The notes below the pieces were generated by a model. That model searched no databases. It had not been told where the DNA came from and saw nothing but the letters and a program-made list of their open reading frames with translations. Positions 1 through 12,400 of a stretch of DNA of 31,385 nucleotides are shown here, piece by piece. A program made the position numbers and the translations under genes. Position 1 is the first letter of the stretch. Each line of letters starts with the position of its first letter. Origin of the DNA: Ginkgo biloba (Eukaryota; Plantae; Ginkgophyta); the NCBI GenBank assembly GCA_024626585.2, contig JANKJI020000002.1, forward strand, positions 170,612,822-170,644,206, given 5' to 3'.

Positions 1-1606
1 TAAATTCGTAGTTAGTGACATTGGGAGATTTTGACTCACCCACTGAGATACAGATTAGAAATTTTGGAACATTATCTAGAATTAATAATTTTGTTATAGA
101 ACACTAATCCATAAGAATACCAATGAATAGAGTGGATATAAATAATGACATAGTTCTAATATCTTCTCAATTTTTTTCATTAGGGTAAGTATTTAGAATT
201 GAATAAAAGAATAATAATTGTATTTTATACGCGATTTTACTTACCAAATGGATGATCATAGTTGTATCACCATATGAGTTTATTTTTTATTAAAATATAA
301 TATCATTTCCATGAACTTTTTGATTCACCTTAACTCAAGACATTTTAGTCCCTCAAACTAAGTGATAGATGCAGATACATTAAATGATTCTATATGATAC
401 ACCTTGTTAATTTCTTGCTAATCTTATCTTGGTTTCAGTGGCACTTTCACTCCTTCATAGTGTATTCTAATTATTTGATGGATGGTAGCTTCAATAATAT
501 GGAGAAGTTTAGGAAATCCGACCACCATGCCAAGTGTATAAGACAAGATACCTAACTTATAGAATAAGGGTGGATATAAAAAATAACTCTTTATTTCTAC
601 CCATTCAAGTTCCCTTTAGGTGGGATTTTTAGAAGAAAAGAGTAGAATCTCAATTCTCAATTCATGAATATCATGTTCCCAAATTTAATAGTGAAACTAG
701 GAACCTTTCTAACATTGGATTTTAAATTCACCTAATTTACACTTTTCTTCATCATGTCTTTAGTTATGATAAGAATGCCTTTGGTTTCTATAGTATGTGC
801 TTCAGTCATAGTAGTCACTTTTTTACTGTATTTGATTGTAATGATGGTGAGTAGGTCATGTCAAATATTTATGAATTTTTATGTATATGGAAGTGATGAT
901 GGGTTGTCATGGTTATCATGATATGGAACATAGAATATGCCAATTTCCTCAAAACCCATTGAGGTGATATAAATTTGACTAGTGATGGTATGATGGTTGC
1001 ATTCACTAATGTCCAATATTATCATTAACATTAGTTATTTTTATGTGGTTTCCTTTCTGCATTATTTTTTATTCATTTCTTTGTTGTGTCCCTTAGCCGA
1101 TCATTTTGATTTATTTTTTATATTTTTTAATTAAAAACATGGTTATCATGTGGTTAATAATCTCAATATAGAACAACTATTAATAAAAATGGAATAAATG
1201 ATTACGAATGAAAACTACTAATCGTAACTTCCCCTNNNNNNNNNNNNNNNNNNNNNNNNNNNNNNNNNNNNNNNNNNNNNNNNNNNNNNNNNNNNNNNNN
1301 NNNNNNNNNNNNNNNNNNNNNNNNNNNNNNNNNNNNNNNNNNNNNNNNNNNNNNNNNNNNNNNNNNNNNNNNNNNNNNNNNNNNNNNNNNNNNNNNNNNN
1401 NNNNNNNNNNNNNNNNNNNNNNNNNNNNNNNNNNNNNNNNNNNNNNNNNNNNNNNNNNNNNNNNNNNNNNNNNNNNNNNNNNNNNNNNNNNNNNNNNNNN
1501 NNNNNNNNNNNNNNNNNNNNNNNNNNNNNNNNNNNNNNNNNNNNNNNNNNNNNNNNNNNNNNNNNNNNNNNNNNNNNNNNNNNNNNNNNNNNNNNNNNNN
1601 NNNNNA

Positions 1607-2800
1607 TTTAAGAGATTTTATGTCTCCCACCTTATTCTTAATGGTAATGTATAAACTAGGCATAACAAATTTGAATGGTGTAATAGCCTTTGAACTGAGT
1701 GATAAATATAAAGGTATATATCCATGTTCTTTTTGGCAGTAGTATAATAATCCCATAATACAAAGTGAAATTTTTTTATCTAATTAGTTTTTCCCACATT
1801 ATAGATTTTTATTGCAACCTATTTTAATATTTTGTTGGTGCTTTTAGCCTAGTTATTGCCCCTTGGGTAGTATGGCATGGACCTTTTATGCATAATCCTA
1901 AATTCCTCTATTAAGTGCATAATTATTTGATTTATAAATATATCTCCTTGATCTCTTACTATTTATATTAGATAGTTGAACCTAGTGGTAATCATTTTGT
2001 ATAAAAAAATTATAGTGATATTAATGTTACAATTTCATAAATCACCTTCTTCTACCCATTTAGTGACTTAACCAATTATAACCATAATTTAATGGATTGG
2101 AGTCTATCTATCTAGAAGGATAGTAGGTCTCACAAAATCCAACCCCCATTTTTCAAATGGGCATTATGTTAATATTGGATGTAATGGTTGGTAATAGGCA
2201 TNNNNNNNNNNNNNNNNNNNNNNNNNNNNNNNNNNNNNNNNNNNNNNNNNNNNNNNNNNNNNNNNNNNAAGCTCACTAGTAGTATTTTTCATATAGTTCC
2301 ATCACCCTCAAGGTTTCTTCTAATTATTCCTTTATGCACATATTAGATAATTGAAGGTATATAATGTTCTATCACAAAAATGATTAAAATTAGGTTAGGG
2401 CCAATTTTATATTAAAAACTATCAATAAGTTGGTAAGGCTCAACTTACTTTCCAAGTTCCTTATTTTTGTATGATCTAGTTTAGGGGGTATCTTTCCTAT
2501 TGGAATATATTCCATGTTATCTTTGAGTGCATCAAATGTTAGTGGATGCTNNNNNNNNNNNNNNNNNNNNNNTAAGTACTAAATCATTCTTAAGAAATTA
2601 GGCTATTGGTTTATATATGTGAACATGCTTTTTACTGAATCTCTAATAATAACCAATTAGTATTAGGAAGTATTTTAATTATTTAATTATCATTAGTTCA
2701 ATACATCCTAAAATTGAGGAAACCTTGGTGGGTCAGTGAGTAATACTTCCTTAGTAACAATATGGCCAAGTCAGTTGCCAAATGGAATAATGAAATTGCA
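1607..2800 (-). mobile_element. Decayed Ty3/gypsy (non-chromoviral, Athila/Tat-like) pol remnant: RT C-terminus, integrase Zn-finger linker and integrase core; RNase H deleted
   Basis: Minus-strand translation with stops/frameshifts: CNFIIPFGN*LGHIVTKE (RT, ~2750-2800); GKIPPKLDHTK...PYQLI...YKIGP (linker, ~2400-2500); PLHPIL..CPFEKWGLDFV, TKWVE, RDQGDIF, HKRSMPYYPRGNN*AKSTNKIL, VLWDY (integrase core, 1740-2190). A GKLRL motif near 1220-1235, beyond the N-gap, may continue the integrase C-terminus. Confidence 0.9.
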
Positions 2801-4399
2801 NNNNNNNNNNNNNNNNNNNNNNNNNNNNNNNNNNNNNNNNNNNNNNNNNNNNNNNNNNNNNNNNNNNNNNNNNNNNNNNNNNNNNNNNNNNNNNNNNNNN
2901 AATAACCATGAGATCTTTGAATCACTTTCATATTTTATAAAATATTATTGAGGACTTAGTCATGAAGCAACCAAATATTATCAAGGTTGATGGAACCCCT
3001 AGAGGATTTGAGTCTTAGTTGAAAGTTAAATAAGACCTATCTAAGAGAGTTTATTTCTTATAAAAGTCTAAGGATTTTAAAGGAGATAAAGCAAAAAGTA
3101 GTTTAGTTATCNNNNNNNNNNNNNNNNNNAGATAGAACGTGAGGCCCTCAAGGAAAATTCCATACCCTTTATATCCCTAAATTTTGAAGTTCCCTTGGCT
3201 TACTCTTATGGAAACTTGATAGATTCAAACCCACTAACCTTTTCCTTTAAGCATCCCATCTAATATATAGAAGACCACCTCTAAGAGAATGAACCCTGCA
3301 CCCTATCAGAGATTTTTTTGGGGGGGGAGTTGGGTTCATGAGTCCTAACAAGAGGTAGGGGAAGACCCACTTTGATAGGATAAAGAGCCTAGAAAAATCT
3401 AAAAGAAATCAAATAAAGATCCCAAAATTACTAGAGGATTTCAAACCCTCAAGAACTAAAGAGAAAAAGAAGAAAATTTAGAAATGAGAATAGGGGAAAA
3501 AGTGGCCTTGCTCTTTTTCTTACAATTGTTACAATCTAATATTTTTTATTTGGCAAGCTTTACTAATCATTGGTTGACTCAGAAATTCAAACTTTCATTT
3601 TTAAAAATCATTTTTTAATAGAGATGGTGATATTCATGTTTCTTTGTAACATAACTTTGAAAATGCTATAACTTTAAATCTTTGATAATGTAGTAACTTT
3701 TATTTTCTTGTAAAAAAAATAATAATGCCTTATAGTTAATTATTCTATATGCATCATATTATTTTAATTTATAGATGATTACAATATATATCGTATTATA
3801 TTAATGTTGATTGGTTAAATTTTGATGATAAGACTAATTTTCTCTTAATATTATGCTTTTAATTTTTGAAACATGAAAATAGTTAGATACAAGTTATATA
3901 TAAGCTTTCCATGTGTGTACTAATATGTCAATCAATTAAATAAAATAATAAATAAATCACAAATAATATAAAGAGTAAAAATGAGTATATATTGCACATC
4001 TATACTATATAACTCAAAAAATTGGCATGCCTACACACAAAGAGAGAAATATGTTCCCCCACGCATAGAAAAAATAAAATAAAATAAAATAATAGAACAA
4101 TTTTGGGTCTAGGATTCTAAAATAGTTATCACATCGATAATGTTAATAGGATCAAAGGGAAAATGATTTAGAGCATCGANNNNNNNNNNNNNNNNNNNNN
4201 NNNNTAATAGTTTGAGAGACATTTTCATATACAACTGAGTGACAACTACCTAGGTGGATGAATGCAACACAAAATTGATGAGTGAAAACTATTTCTATGA
4301 AAATAGTTTTATGATATTAAACTTAGGATATATTATAATTTGATATGGAGGAATTAAGTTACAGTTAATTTGTAGCAAGGAGGAGGGATAATCATATTT

Positions 4400-4870
4400 C
4401 AAAAAAGGAGTATAGAAAAAGAGTAAGAGGTGGCAATATTTCCTTCTATTTTCTTTATTTACTCTCTTTTCATCTATTCTAGTTCCCATTGCATGAAGTA
4501 TATGATAACTACAAGGGAATTAAAATATTTTAGGCATTATGCATTTATTCAATTTAATTATTCTTTGGGAGATACTTATCATAGTTGTTTTTGGTGTTTG
4601 ATTACACAACATACCATAAAGAGAACATGGTGATTACATACTATATTTATGTATTGTTTCTCTACTTCTTCTCAAGGTGAGTGGAAATATTCCACTTTGA
4701 ATGTACCATGTTAATCCATGAGGGTATTGTTCCTTCTCAATGCTTCTATCAAAATTATTTGGACATTATATAACCAATCATGGATTGATACTATATGGGC
4801 ACTCAAATTTTCAATGTTTAAAAACAAATCATATATAGTAGAATTACTTAGGAATTTTCTTTTTTTGGGT
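4400..4870 (-). mobile_element. Possible highly decayed MULE/MuDR transposase fragment (SWIM zinc-finger region)
   Basis: Minus strand reads KLNKCIMPKIF*FPCSYHILHAM, resembling the SWIM C-x-C...PC-x-H motif. Similarity is weak and judged by eye. Confidence 0.25.
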
Positions 4871-5769
4871 TTCATTTACTTTTTTTATGGAAAGAAATTT
4901 CTTTATATTGAATTAATCATGATTATTATTATTATTTTCAAATTAATTCTATCTTAGTATGGTACTTTTCCATGTTTTTCGCTATATATTACATTTTATA
5001 GATCCAATTATGAGTATTTTTCTTTCTATGCCAGAAACAACTTATTGCTACACAAATAACAAGTTAATCCTATGTAAAAACCTTAATTCATTTATTTCAT
5101 CTATTTAGGGGGTCGTAGAAATTCCATAGAGGATACCTAGATTCATGTGTCTACTCTTAAGGCTTTATTATACCAAATATATGGTCCCAAAGCNNNNNNN
5201 NNNNNNNNNNNNNNNNNNNNNNNNNNNNATTCCTAAAGATGATAGCCCTAGGTTATCACAACATTCTATAATTAGTGAAGAGAAAATTATAAATGAAAAT
5301 TCCACATGATGCATAGTGAGGAAATGTATAGTAAACTCTTTCGAGGGGATTTGAACTATGTGATGAGAGTCAATCATTTTGATGGCCTTCCTAACATTAT
5401 TATAGAAAATAAAATAGTTTCCTATGGAAATTATTTTCCAGAGGAAATTGAATAATATGTATTAATATATTACTAAAATATATTAATAAATAAACCACAT
5501 AAACTATTAATTGTAATAATTAACTATAGTTAATTATTTGACATGAATTATATTTTAAATGTANNNNNNNNNNNNNNNNNNNNNNNNNNNNNNNNNNNNN
5601 NNNNNNNNNNNNNNNNNNNNNNNNNNNNNNNNNNNNNNNNNNNNNNNNNNNNNNNNNNNNNNNTATGATTTTATGCATCAATGCCAATCTACCCACTCAA
5701 TCTAGATAGATACCCACACAAGTCATGTACCCCCATCCCACTCTATCCATTCATCCTTGAAGCCTCTTA

Positions 5770-6665
5770 ATGCCCCCTAGAAATCAGGCCTTCTTACCTA
5801 AATTCCTACCTAATTTTATTTCTCTCCCTACTCTAATTTCTGCTCTCCTTATCAAGCATTTCCCTTTCAACTATGATCTTACTTGTATTATGGACTTTGT
5901 GGAACTCAAGCATGTGATGACCTGTACTCCATGCTCGATCATCCTATTCTTTTTCTTTGTACCAATGCTTTAGATAATGGTTTAAAGAAAGTTCTATTTT
6001 AATCTTTCACTGATAATGTTACTTGTCTCTTTGCTTACATTAGTTGTTGTGTATGTGCTAGAACACAATTATTCTATAACTAAAATGTCCCATTATTATT
6101 TGATCTTTTGTTAAGTTCCATCCTTATCTTCATGCCCCCCATACCATTGTTGAAAGTGATCATGTTACACTTACTCATTTGTTCACTATGAGAGAATTGA
6201 AGTCTTCTTTTACCTATTGGATATTGTCCCTCCAGGATTATAAATTTTAAATACATTATTATCCTAGTCATATCAATATTTAATTTGATGTGTTATCTCA
6301 TGACCTCCCTATTATTCAAGCAACTATGTCATCATCTACTATGTTTTCTTCTCTCGGACTACTTTGTAATGCTTAGGCCTCCAATTTTGAAGTCCAACAC
6401 ATTCTCCATGAGTTACACCATTTTCCTCCTTATCGATCTGTGCATGCCATTTTTTCTTAATTACCAAATTATCAACAATTAACTCTATTTTATCTAGAAG
6501 GATCAACCACCATGCCTCTATGTGCCATCTTCTCTATATGTACTCTCTCCATTCTTCCCCTTTAGTCAGTTATCTTATTTTTTCCAAATTCCTGTAAAAA
6601 CTTCGTCAATATATTTTTTGGCCTTGTCTACGTCATGAATAGTGTAATTTTCTTCACTAATGTTC
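5770..6665 (+). mobile_element. Decayed Ty3/gypsy pol remnant: RT thumb, RNase H, integrase Zn-binding domain
   Basis: Plus strand: KFLPNFISLPTLISALLIKHFPFNYDLTCIMDFVELKHVMTCTP (RT connection); LCTNALDNGLKKVL (TDAS motif decayed); EHNYSIT; KFHPYLHAPHTIVESDHVTLTHL...WILSLQDYKF*IHYYP (RNase H); LRQYIFWPCL...C (integrase Zn domain). Confidence 0.85.
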
Positions 6666-8460
6666 NNNNNNNNNNNNNNNNNNNNNNNNNNNNNNNNNNN
6701 NNNNNNNNNNNNNNNNNNNNNNNNNNNNNCTTCTTTTTGAGTTTCTGATCTATAACATTATCTATCCTTTTCCTCTTTCACTCACCAAGAATCACAATGT
6801 TATTGTTTTCATTAAATATTTAATACAACATCCAATAATCTAATTTAAAATTTTAACACTAACAAGAGCCACATGGTACCAAGTCCCTTCTCTTTTTAAC
6901 ATAAATATTAAATACAAGATCAAGAATGAAATTAGAGATAAANNNNNNNNNNNNNNNNNNNNNNNNNNNNNNNNNNNNNNNNNNNNNNNNNNNNNNATAT
7001 ACGATATGAATGTCCCTCCTTATGGGAAGGAACAATAATAGCAATTATTTTTTATCTTTATTTAGTTGGATTAATTATGATGTTGTGATTTTGATCATCT
7101 TTTGGTGAAAATAATGTATATATAATCTTTATGAAATTGCTACTTCCTAATTTACTTGGATTAAGTATATTGCTCTTAGCTTTAAGGATGAATTGTTCAA
7201 ATGTTGCAATATCTAAGCAATAATTATACCTCGTATAGAATACAATAAAGAAAACATCAAATTCAAATTGTCTCATGAAGCCATCCAAGTAAGGAAATTA
7301 GACAAAATAAGATCAATCCTTTATGATTCAAAATTTTCTTGGTCAAATGGGACTTGAGTATCTATTTAAAAAGGCTTTACGGATGATCAGGAGAAATTAA
7401 CACCCCATCGTCTTAAACTAGTGGATTAAGTCATCCTTTTGTATTTGTATAATGATATATTTTGATATTCAAGACACAAATATGATATATTTAAAATTAA
7501 GAAGGTTCCATGAAAAAAAACATTCTCTCCATATCTAGAAACTTTGCATAATCAAAACTCTACCCAAGACGAGAAAATAAAAATAAAAAAATATATATAT
7601 TTTAGTAGGATATTAATAATTTAATTGACAAAACCATTATAGTGAAGACAAACAACAAGAATACTAAATACAATTCCTCAAAGATGAACAAATATATCCA
7701 ACAAAAAATTGTGTCCCTCGAGCAAGAGAGATTATTGTAAGGAAATGTAGTATGAGTCTAAATTTTAGTGGTGAGATGGTAAGGACCATAATACACATAG
7801 CGAGAAGGTATAATATAGAATTACAACGGATCAAATAAAAAAATGGGTATGTGTCAAGCTATCTTTATTAGTTGAGGGTTAGTCCTTAAGCAATAAACCA
7901 CCCCTCCTTGCTTTTAGTGTGCAAGGAGAGAAAAAATAGGAATGAAATCCTATAAAGAGTCATATAAAAAAGGAAGATATTTAGGGAGCTCACCTCTCTA
8001 AATTCAATACAAAATGGCTGAATAATCTACCCAAATTCTTTCTNNNNNNNNNNNNNNNNNNNNNNNNNNNNNNNNNNNNNNNNNNNNNNNNNNNNNNNNN
8101 NNNNNNNNNNNNNNNNNNNNNNNNNNNNNNNNNNNNNNNNNNNGTTAGTGACATAAATGCTAGTGATATAAATGTTTAAATATCAAATAAAAAAAAGATA
8201 ATGATCTACATAAAATGCCAAAAATATGATAAGATTTTTTGGTGATGGATTGCATAAATTCTTTTGACGAGACTGTGTGGATTTTCACATAATATTGAAG
8301 CATTCAGACCCTAATTCTCCCACATCCTGCAAGTTTTTGCATCAATATATTATTGTGGGTATGATATTACCTCCAATTTGGGATTAGATATCATGTGAGT
8401 TGAAAAGGGTCTACATTTATTTATGTTAATAATCTAGAATAAATCATGAATTCTGCAAAT

Positions 8461-9032
8461 ATGGCTGGGGGAAAGTGGACCAATGTTGGCCACACTAGTT
8501 GTGTCATAGGAGATAGAGATTCATTACTTCTTAGCTAGTCAAGTTGCTTCTAGAACGAGGCTATACTATTTGAGGAATAATACACAATCTAGAGCATGAG
8601 AATAATGACCCTCTTAAAAAGTCAGAAGGAGTAGAAGAAGGACTGCCACTTTATAAAGAAGATCTTTTGGACTACAACGGACTTTTTAATACAATTAATG
8701 GCTTCTAAGGAGTATTCAATGTTGCTCTGATTCAAATGGTAGAGCCTATAATAAATGGAACAAGGAACGTGATGGACACCTATGCAGAAGCTGGAGTACA
8801 CCATGTGGTGTTTACTTCTTCAATAGGAGCAATTTACATGGACCTAAACAATAATTATGATGATCTTATAGAAGAAAGATGCTAGAACAACCTTGATTTC
8901 TGCAAAGATACAAAGAACCATTATTGCTATAAAAAAATAGTTATTGAGAAGGCAACATGAGAAAGAGAAAGGGAGAAGGGATTAGATTTGGTAGTTGTAA
9001 ACCCATGCGTGGTATTGGGTCCTCTACTACAC
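8461..9032 (+). pseudogene. CCR: Cinnamoyl-CoA reductase processed pseudogene (intronless, 3'-truncated)
   Basis: Translates as MAGGKWTNVGHTSCVIG..(frameshift ~8519)..FITS*LVKLLLERGYTI*G...DLLDYNGLFNTINGF*GVFNVA...QMVEPIINGTRNVMDTYAEAGVHHVVFTSSIGAIYMD...C*NNLDFCKDTKNHYCYKKIVIEKAT*ERE.EKGLDLVVVNPCVVLGPLL. This is collinear with the N-terminal ~60% of conifer CCR. Five premature stops (8532, 8571, 8706, 8883, 8958), one frameshift, the NWYCY signature changed to NHYCY, and no introns. Confidence 0.95.
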
Positions 9033-9099
9033 CGATGAGGTTCTCTCCATCTAATCGATGCCTACTACACCAATGAGGTTATCTCCATTTGACCAACGT
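9024..9099 (+). repeat. Two-copy 38-bp tandem repeat at the CCR/LTR junction
   Basis: CTACTACACCGATGAGGTTCTCTCCATCTAATCGATGC (9024-9061) is followed by CTACTACACCAATGAGGTTATCTCCATTTGACCAACGT (9062-9099). Confidence 0.9.
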
Positions 9100-9461
9100 C
9101 GATGGTGTGAGTTCTACCAAAATCAATTGTAACTGACATCGACAAGGGTATTTCCAAACCAACACCGACAAGGATAATGATGAAGCTAGATTATTGTAGG
9201 CTAGGTGTTTTTCACATGTCAGTGGTTCTTCTCGTTTATCAAAGAAAAGTAGTCATCTGCCTAAGGAGTTATATAATTTATCAGAGGAGTTTTCACAAGA
9301 TGTCAATGGATGTTTTTCAAACGTTGATCTATGTCGGAGGTCTATGCATTTAGTAGTGGTCTAATTTGGTGTTAGTAGACCATCGTTGGTGTCGAGAGTT
9401 TATTGTAGAGTGTCGGTGGGGTGATGTCATGGGTCGTCAGAGTTTGTCATTGTCTTCAACA
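9024..9461 (-). mobile_element. Truncated LTR fragment abutting the CCR retrocopy in antisense orientation
   Basis: Minus strand starts TGTTGAAG at 9461, carries ACCGAC-type motifs like the LTR-like sequences at 13.2-13.5 kb and 14.4 kb, and has a TATA-like TTATATAA at 9269-9276. It retains more CpG than its flanks. Confidence 0.5.
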
Positions 9462-12400
9462 CTCACTAATAATTTCACCTTCATTTTAAACTGAAAGGTA
9501 CAAAAGAATTAAAAATTGAGGTTGTTGGTGTGGTTCTCTCCCACCACGTGTTTGTGGGCATATTATGGGGATTATTATCACCAACATAAGGGATATGTTC
9601 TANNNNNNNNNNNNNNNNNNNNNNNNNNNNNNNNNNNNNNNNNNNNNNNNNNNNNNNNNNNNNNNNNNNNNNNNNNNNNNNNNNNNNNNNNNNNNNNNNN
9701 NNATCAGTCGTTGTTGGACCCTTTTCTAGTCTGCTCTTCTCTTCTAACTATTTGTAATTTGCTCACAAAGGGGTGCGATTTATGCATATTATCTTCAATG
9801 AATGTCTTTGATGTACATCTCCAAACTAGAATAAATAAAATACAACAATTCACCATGTGCTTTATTGATTGTCAACTTGTGAGGTGTTCTGGGCTTCAAA
9901 TGAGCTTTTACCTATTTTTCAAAAATTTGTCTGCATACTCTAATCCCTATGCACTAATAACTCATCAAGGCGTACATGAAAGAGGGTCATTTTTAAAGAT
10001 ATATTAGTTATTAATATGGATTTGTAGATTCAAATTTTACCTATAGAGAACATTGACTATTGCACTTCAAGACTACATTCAAAACATTATTTTGAAATAT
10101 ATGTTTTGATGGATGAGTCTTACATAATAACATTTTTGTTTATGCTTCTTGTTATCTTCATCCATAATTTGGTCAAGATTTATGGAAAATTTATTAATTT
10201 ATTTCATCAAATTTATGGGCAAATTAAAAGTCATATGGATGTTTAGTAGCATATGTATGAATCAATGCGATATAGATTCATTATTATATATACAAATTCA
10301 TGGCTTGTATTTCATGTGAAACTTACCTTTAATTTTATGCGTTGTTTAATCTCATTTTATCATCAACAAAGAAAATATTGAAAGATATTAAGCCATACCC
10401 CATATACCCATTGTCCACATAAAGAAATATATTGAGATTTTTAATGTGGATGCAAGCAAACAAGCAAGCTCATATGGGAAAATACTATGGAATAAGTTTT
10501 CAAGATGGGAAGAAGATGACATTCCTATCACACTTAGGTGTTAATATAACACTATATGAATATTTCCTCCATTTGTTTAACAATAAGCACTTGAGGACTT
10601 AAATGCTATGAACCACTTATTACAGTTTAAGAAGAAAAGATTACGAATAGCATACATCTTAGGATACTTCTGCATCTCGTAAAATGGATAGGTTATCTAG
10701 TGTGTTATTATAGGAGTCAAACTCATGGTACTTGGTTGAGAGGAATTGTTAAATTAAGGATTGTTGAAAAGAATTAATGAGCTTATTACCAATCAAGCAA
10801 CTGTGTGAGGCTTATTCTTTCCCTCCATTTTTTGGCCATTAGTAGAAAGTATAGTCATTAACTTGAACCTCTTATTACCCTTGTATCATTCAACGAACCT
10901 TAGAATATAGTGTTAAGAAACTTCTATCAGTTTCATTAGGCCAGATGTACATTCAAACTACTTAAATAACATCATATGTAAGTTTTAAATAAAGACATAG
11001 TTCCACAAATGAGAAAAGAGAAAGGTTGGTTCGATTAGATCGTTGTGGTTGATTCATATCTCATGAAAATTAGTGAAGGAGATATCATTAACTTCTAAAC
11101 TATCTTCATTTTGCATTTTCATTAAAAAATAGAATATTCAACATTTAAGATTTGCAAAACTCAAATAGCATGCTCTTAGACCCATGTACTAAGTATCTAA
11201 TTTGTTTCTTTTTAAGGGGGAGGGGGAGGTTTCAAGAACTTTAATGTTAAATCCCCTTACAGTAATTAAATAGTAATAGCTATGATACATTTATGGATAA
11301 CCTCATGTAAGTTTAGTAGTCTTAATAATATTATGATTACGAGCATTAATATTTTTTGAAAAGTTGGTATGGTTTAAACTTAAGTCAAGAATAAGCAAAA
11401 TTAGGATTTCATCAATCTTAGATGGGATGTGAATAAATATGTGATTATATAAAATCTTTTAAGCATTTTAATATCCATCTATTTGCATAGCTAAGATTGA
11501 TAAAATTGGACTACTATTACTATATGCTTATTATGATTGATATGTATTATGAAACTCAAAACTTGTTTACCTATGTTCAAAATTAAATTTACAAGCACAA
11601 GACTAATTTTAGTCATTTCATTTGTGAATAGTAATTTTTTTTAATAGTAGTCCATTGAAGTGTTATTATTTTTTAAACTCTTCAATGAAGAAGGGCCATA
11701 TAGGTGGAAACCCTTCAAACTGAAGAGGAGGACCACCCTTCAATTTTGATCACTAGAAGTCACCCTCACAATATCTTGAGGGAAGAACTTCTTTGTAAAT
11801 ATCGCTACCCTCATGATTTGCTAAGGGTAGACCTACTATGCACTTGTTTATATGTTGCCCTTAGTCGAACTTGAGGGTAAGAGAAAATGACAACGTGGAG
11901 TTGTTAAGATTTTGGAAAATAGTTGTTGGTTGTTGGACCGCTAAGAACTTTCCTATGTATAGACTAATTTATTTACATTAATGAAAGGGGCCATTTTCTT
12001 CTCAGAACTCTAAGAGGAGTGACTGTACAACATCCTAGTTGATTCTAACAGTGTTGGACAAAAAGATCTCCATCCAACATCACGTCTACCTACCTCATAA
12101 TCAGGAATTGAGTTTTCTTTCTTTTTGGATTTGTTCCTTTTGTTTAATTTTGTGTTATGTATCCTATATTAAATATATTTGTTGTTCCCTTTTTCTAGAA
12201 TAAAAAAATGGTAGTTGAAATTTCTATTTCTTTTCACCATTGAAATTTAAAACCTATGTTGATAATTTATAACTCACTTGAATAGAGTAGTAATTTTGGC
12301 ACTGTTGTCAAGGACTGTGGACTATCGATTTGAGGCGTTCTGATTGGAATGAACAATTTTCTTTTACATCAAAGAGATAGATAGATCAACCAAGAATTTT

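Noticed and set aside
1202-1756. Long ORFs in the supplied track that span N-runs (also 9516-10007, 13954-14439, 20756-21389 and others)
   Set aside because: Their length comes from X residues in gaps; the flanking residues show no protein signal in those frames.
7280-7900. Possible LINE ORF1 remnant
   Set aside because: No convincing conserved motif recovered in any frame.
9024-9099. CRISPR-like repeat
   Set aside because: Only two directly adjacent units, no spacers, eukaryotic context.
10080-10920. hAT transposase-like words (YASCYLHP, VERNC, TNLR)
   Set aside because: Too short and scattered to support by eye; needs blastx or an HMM search.
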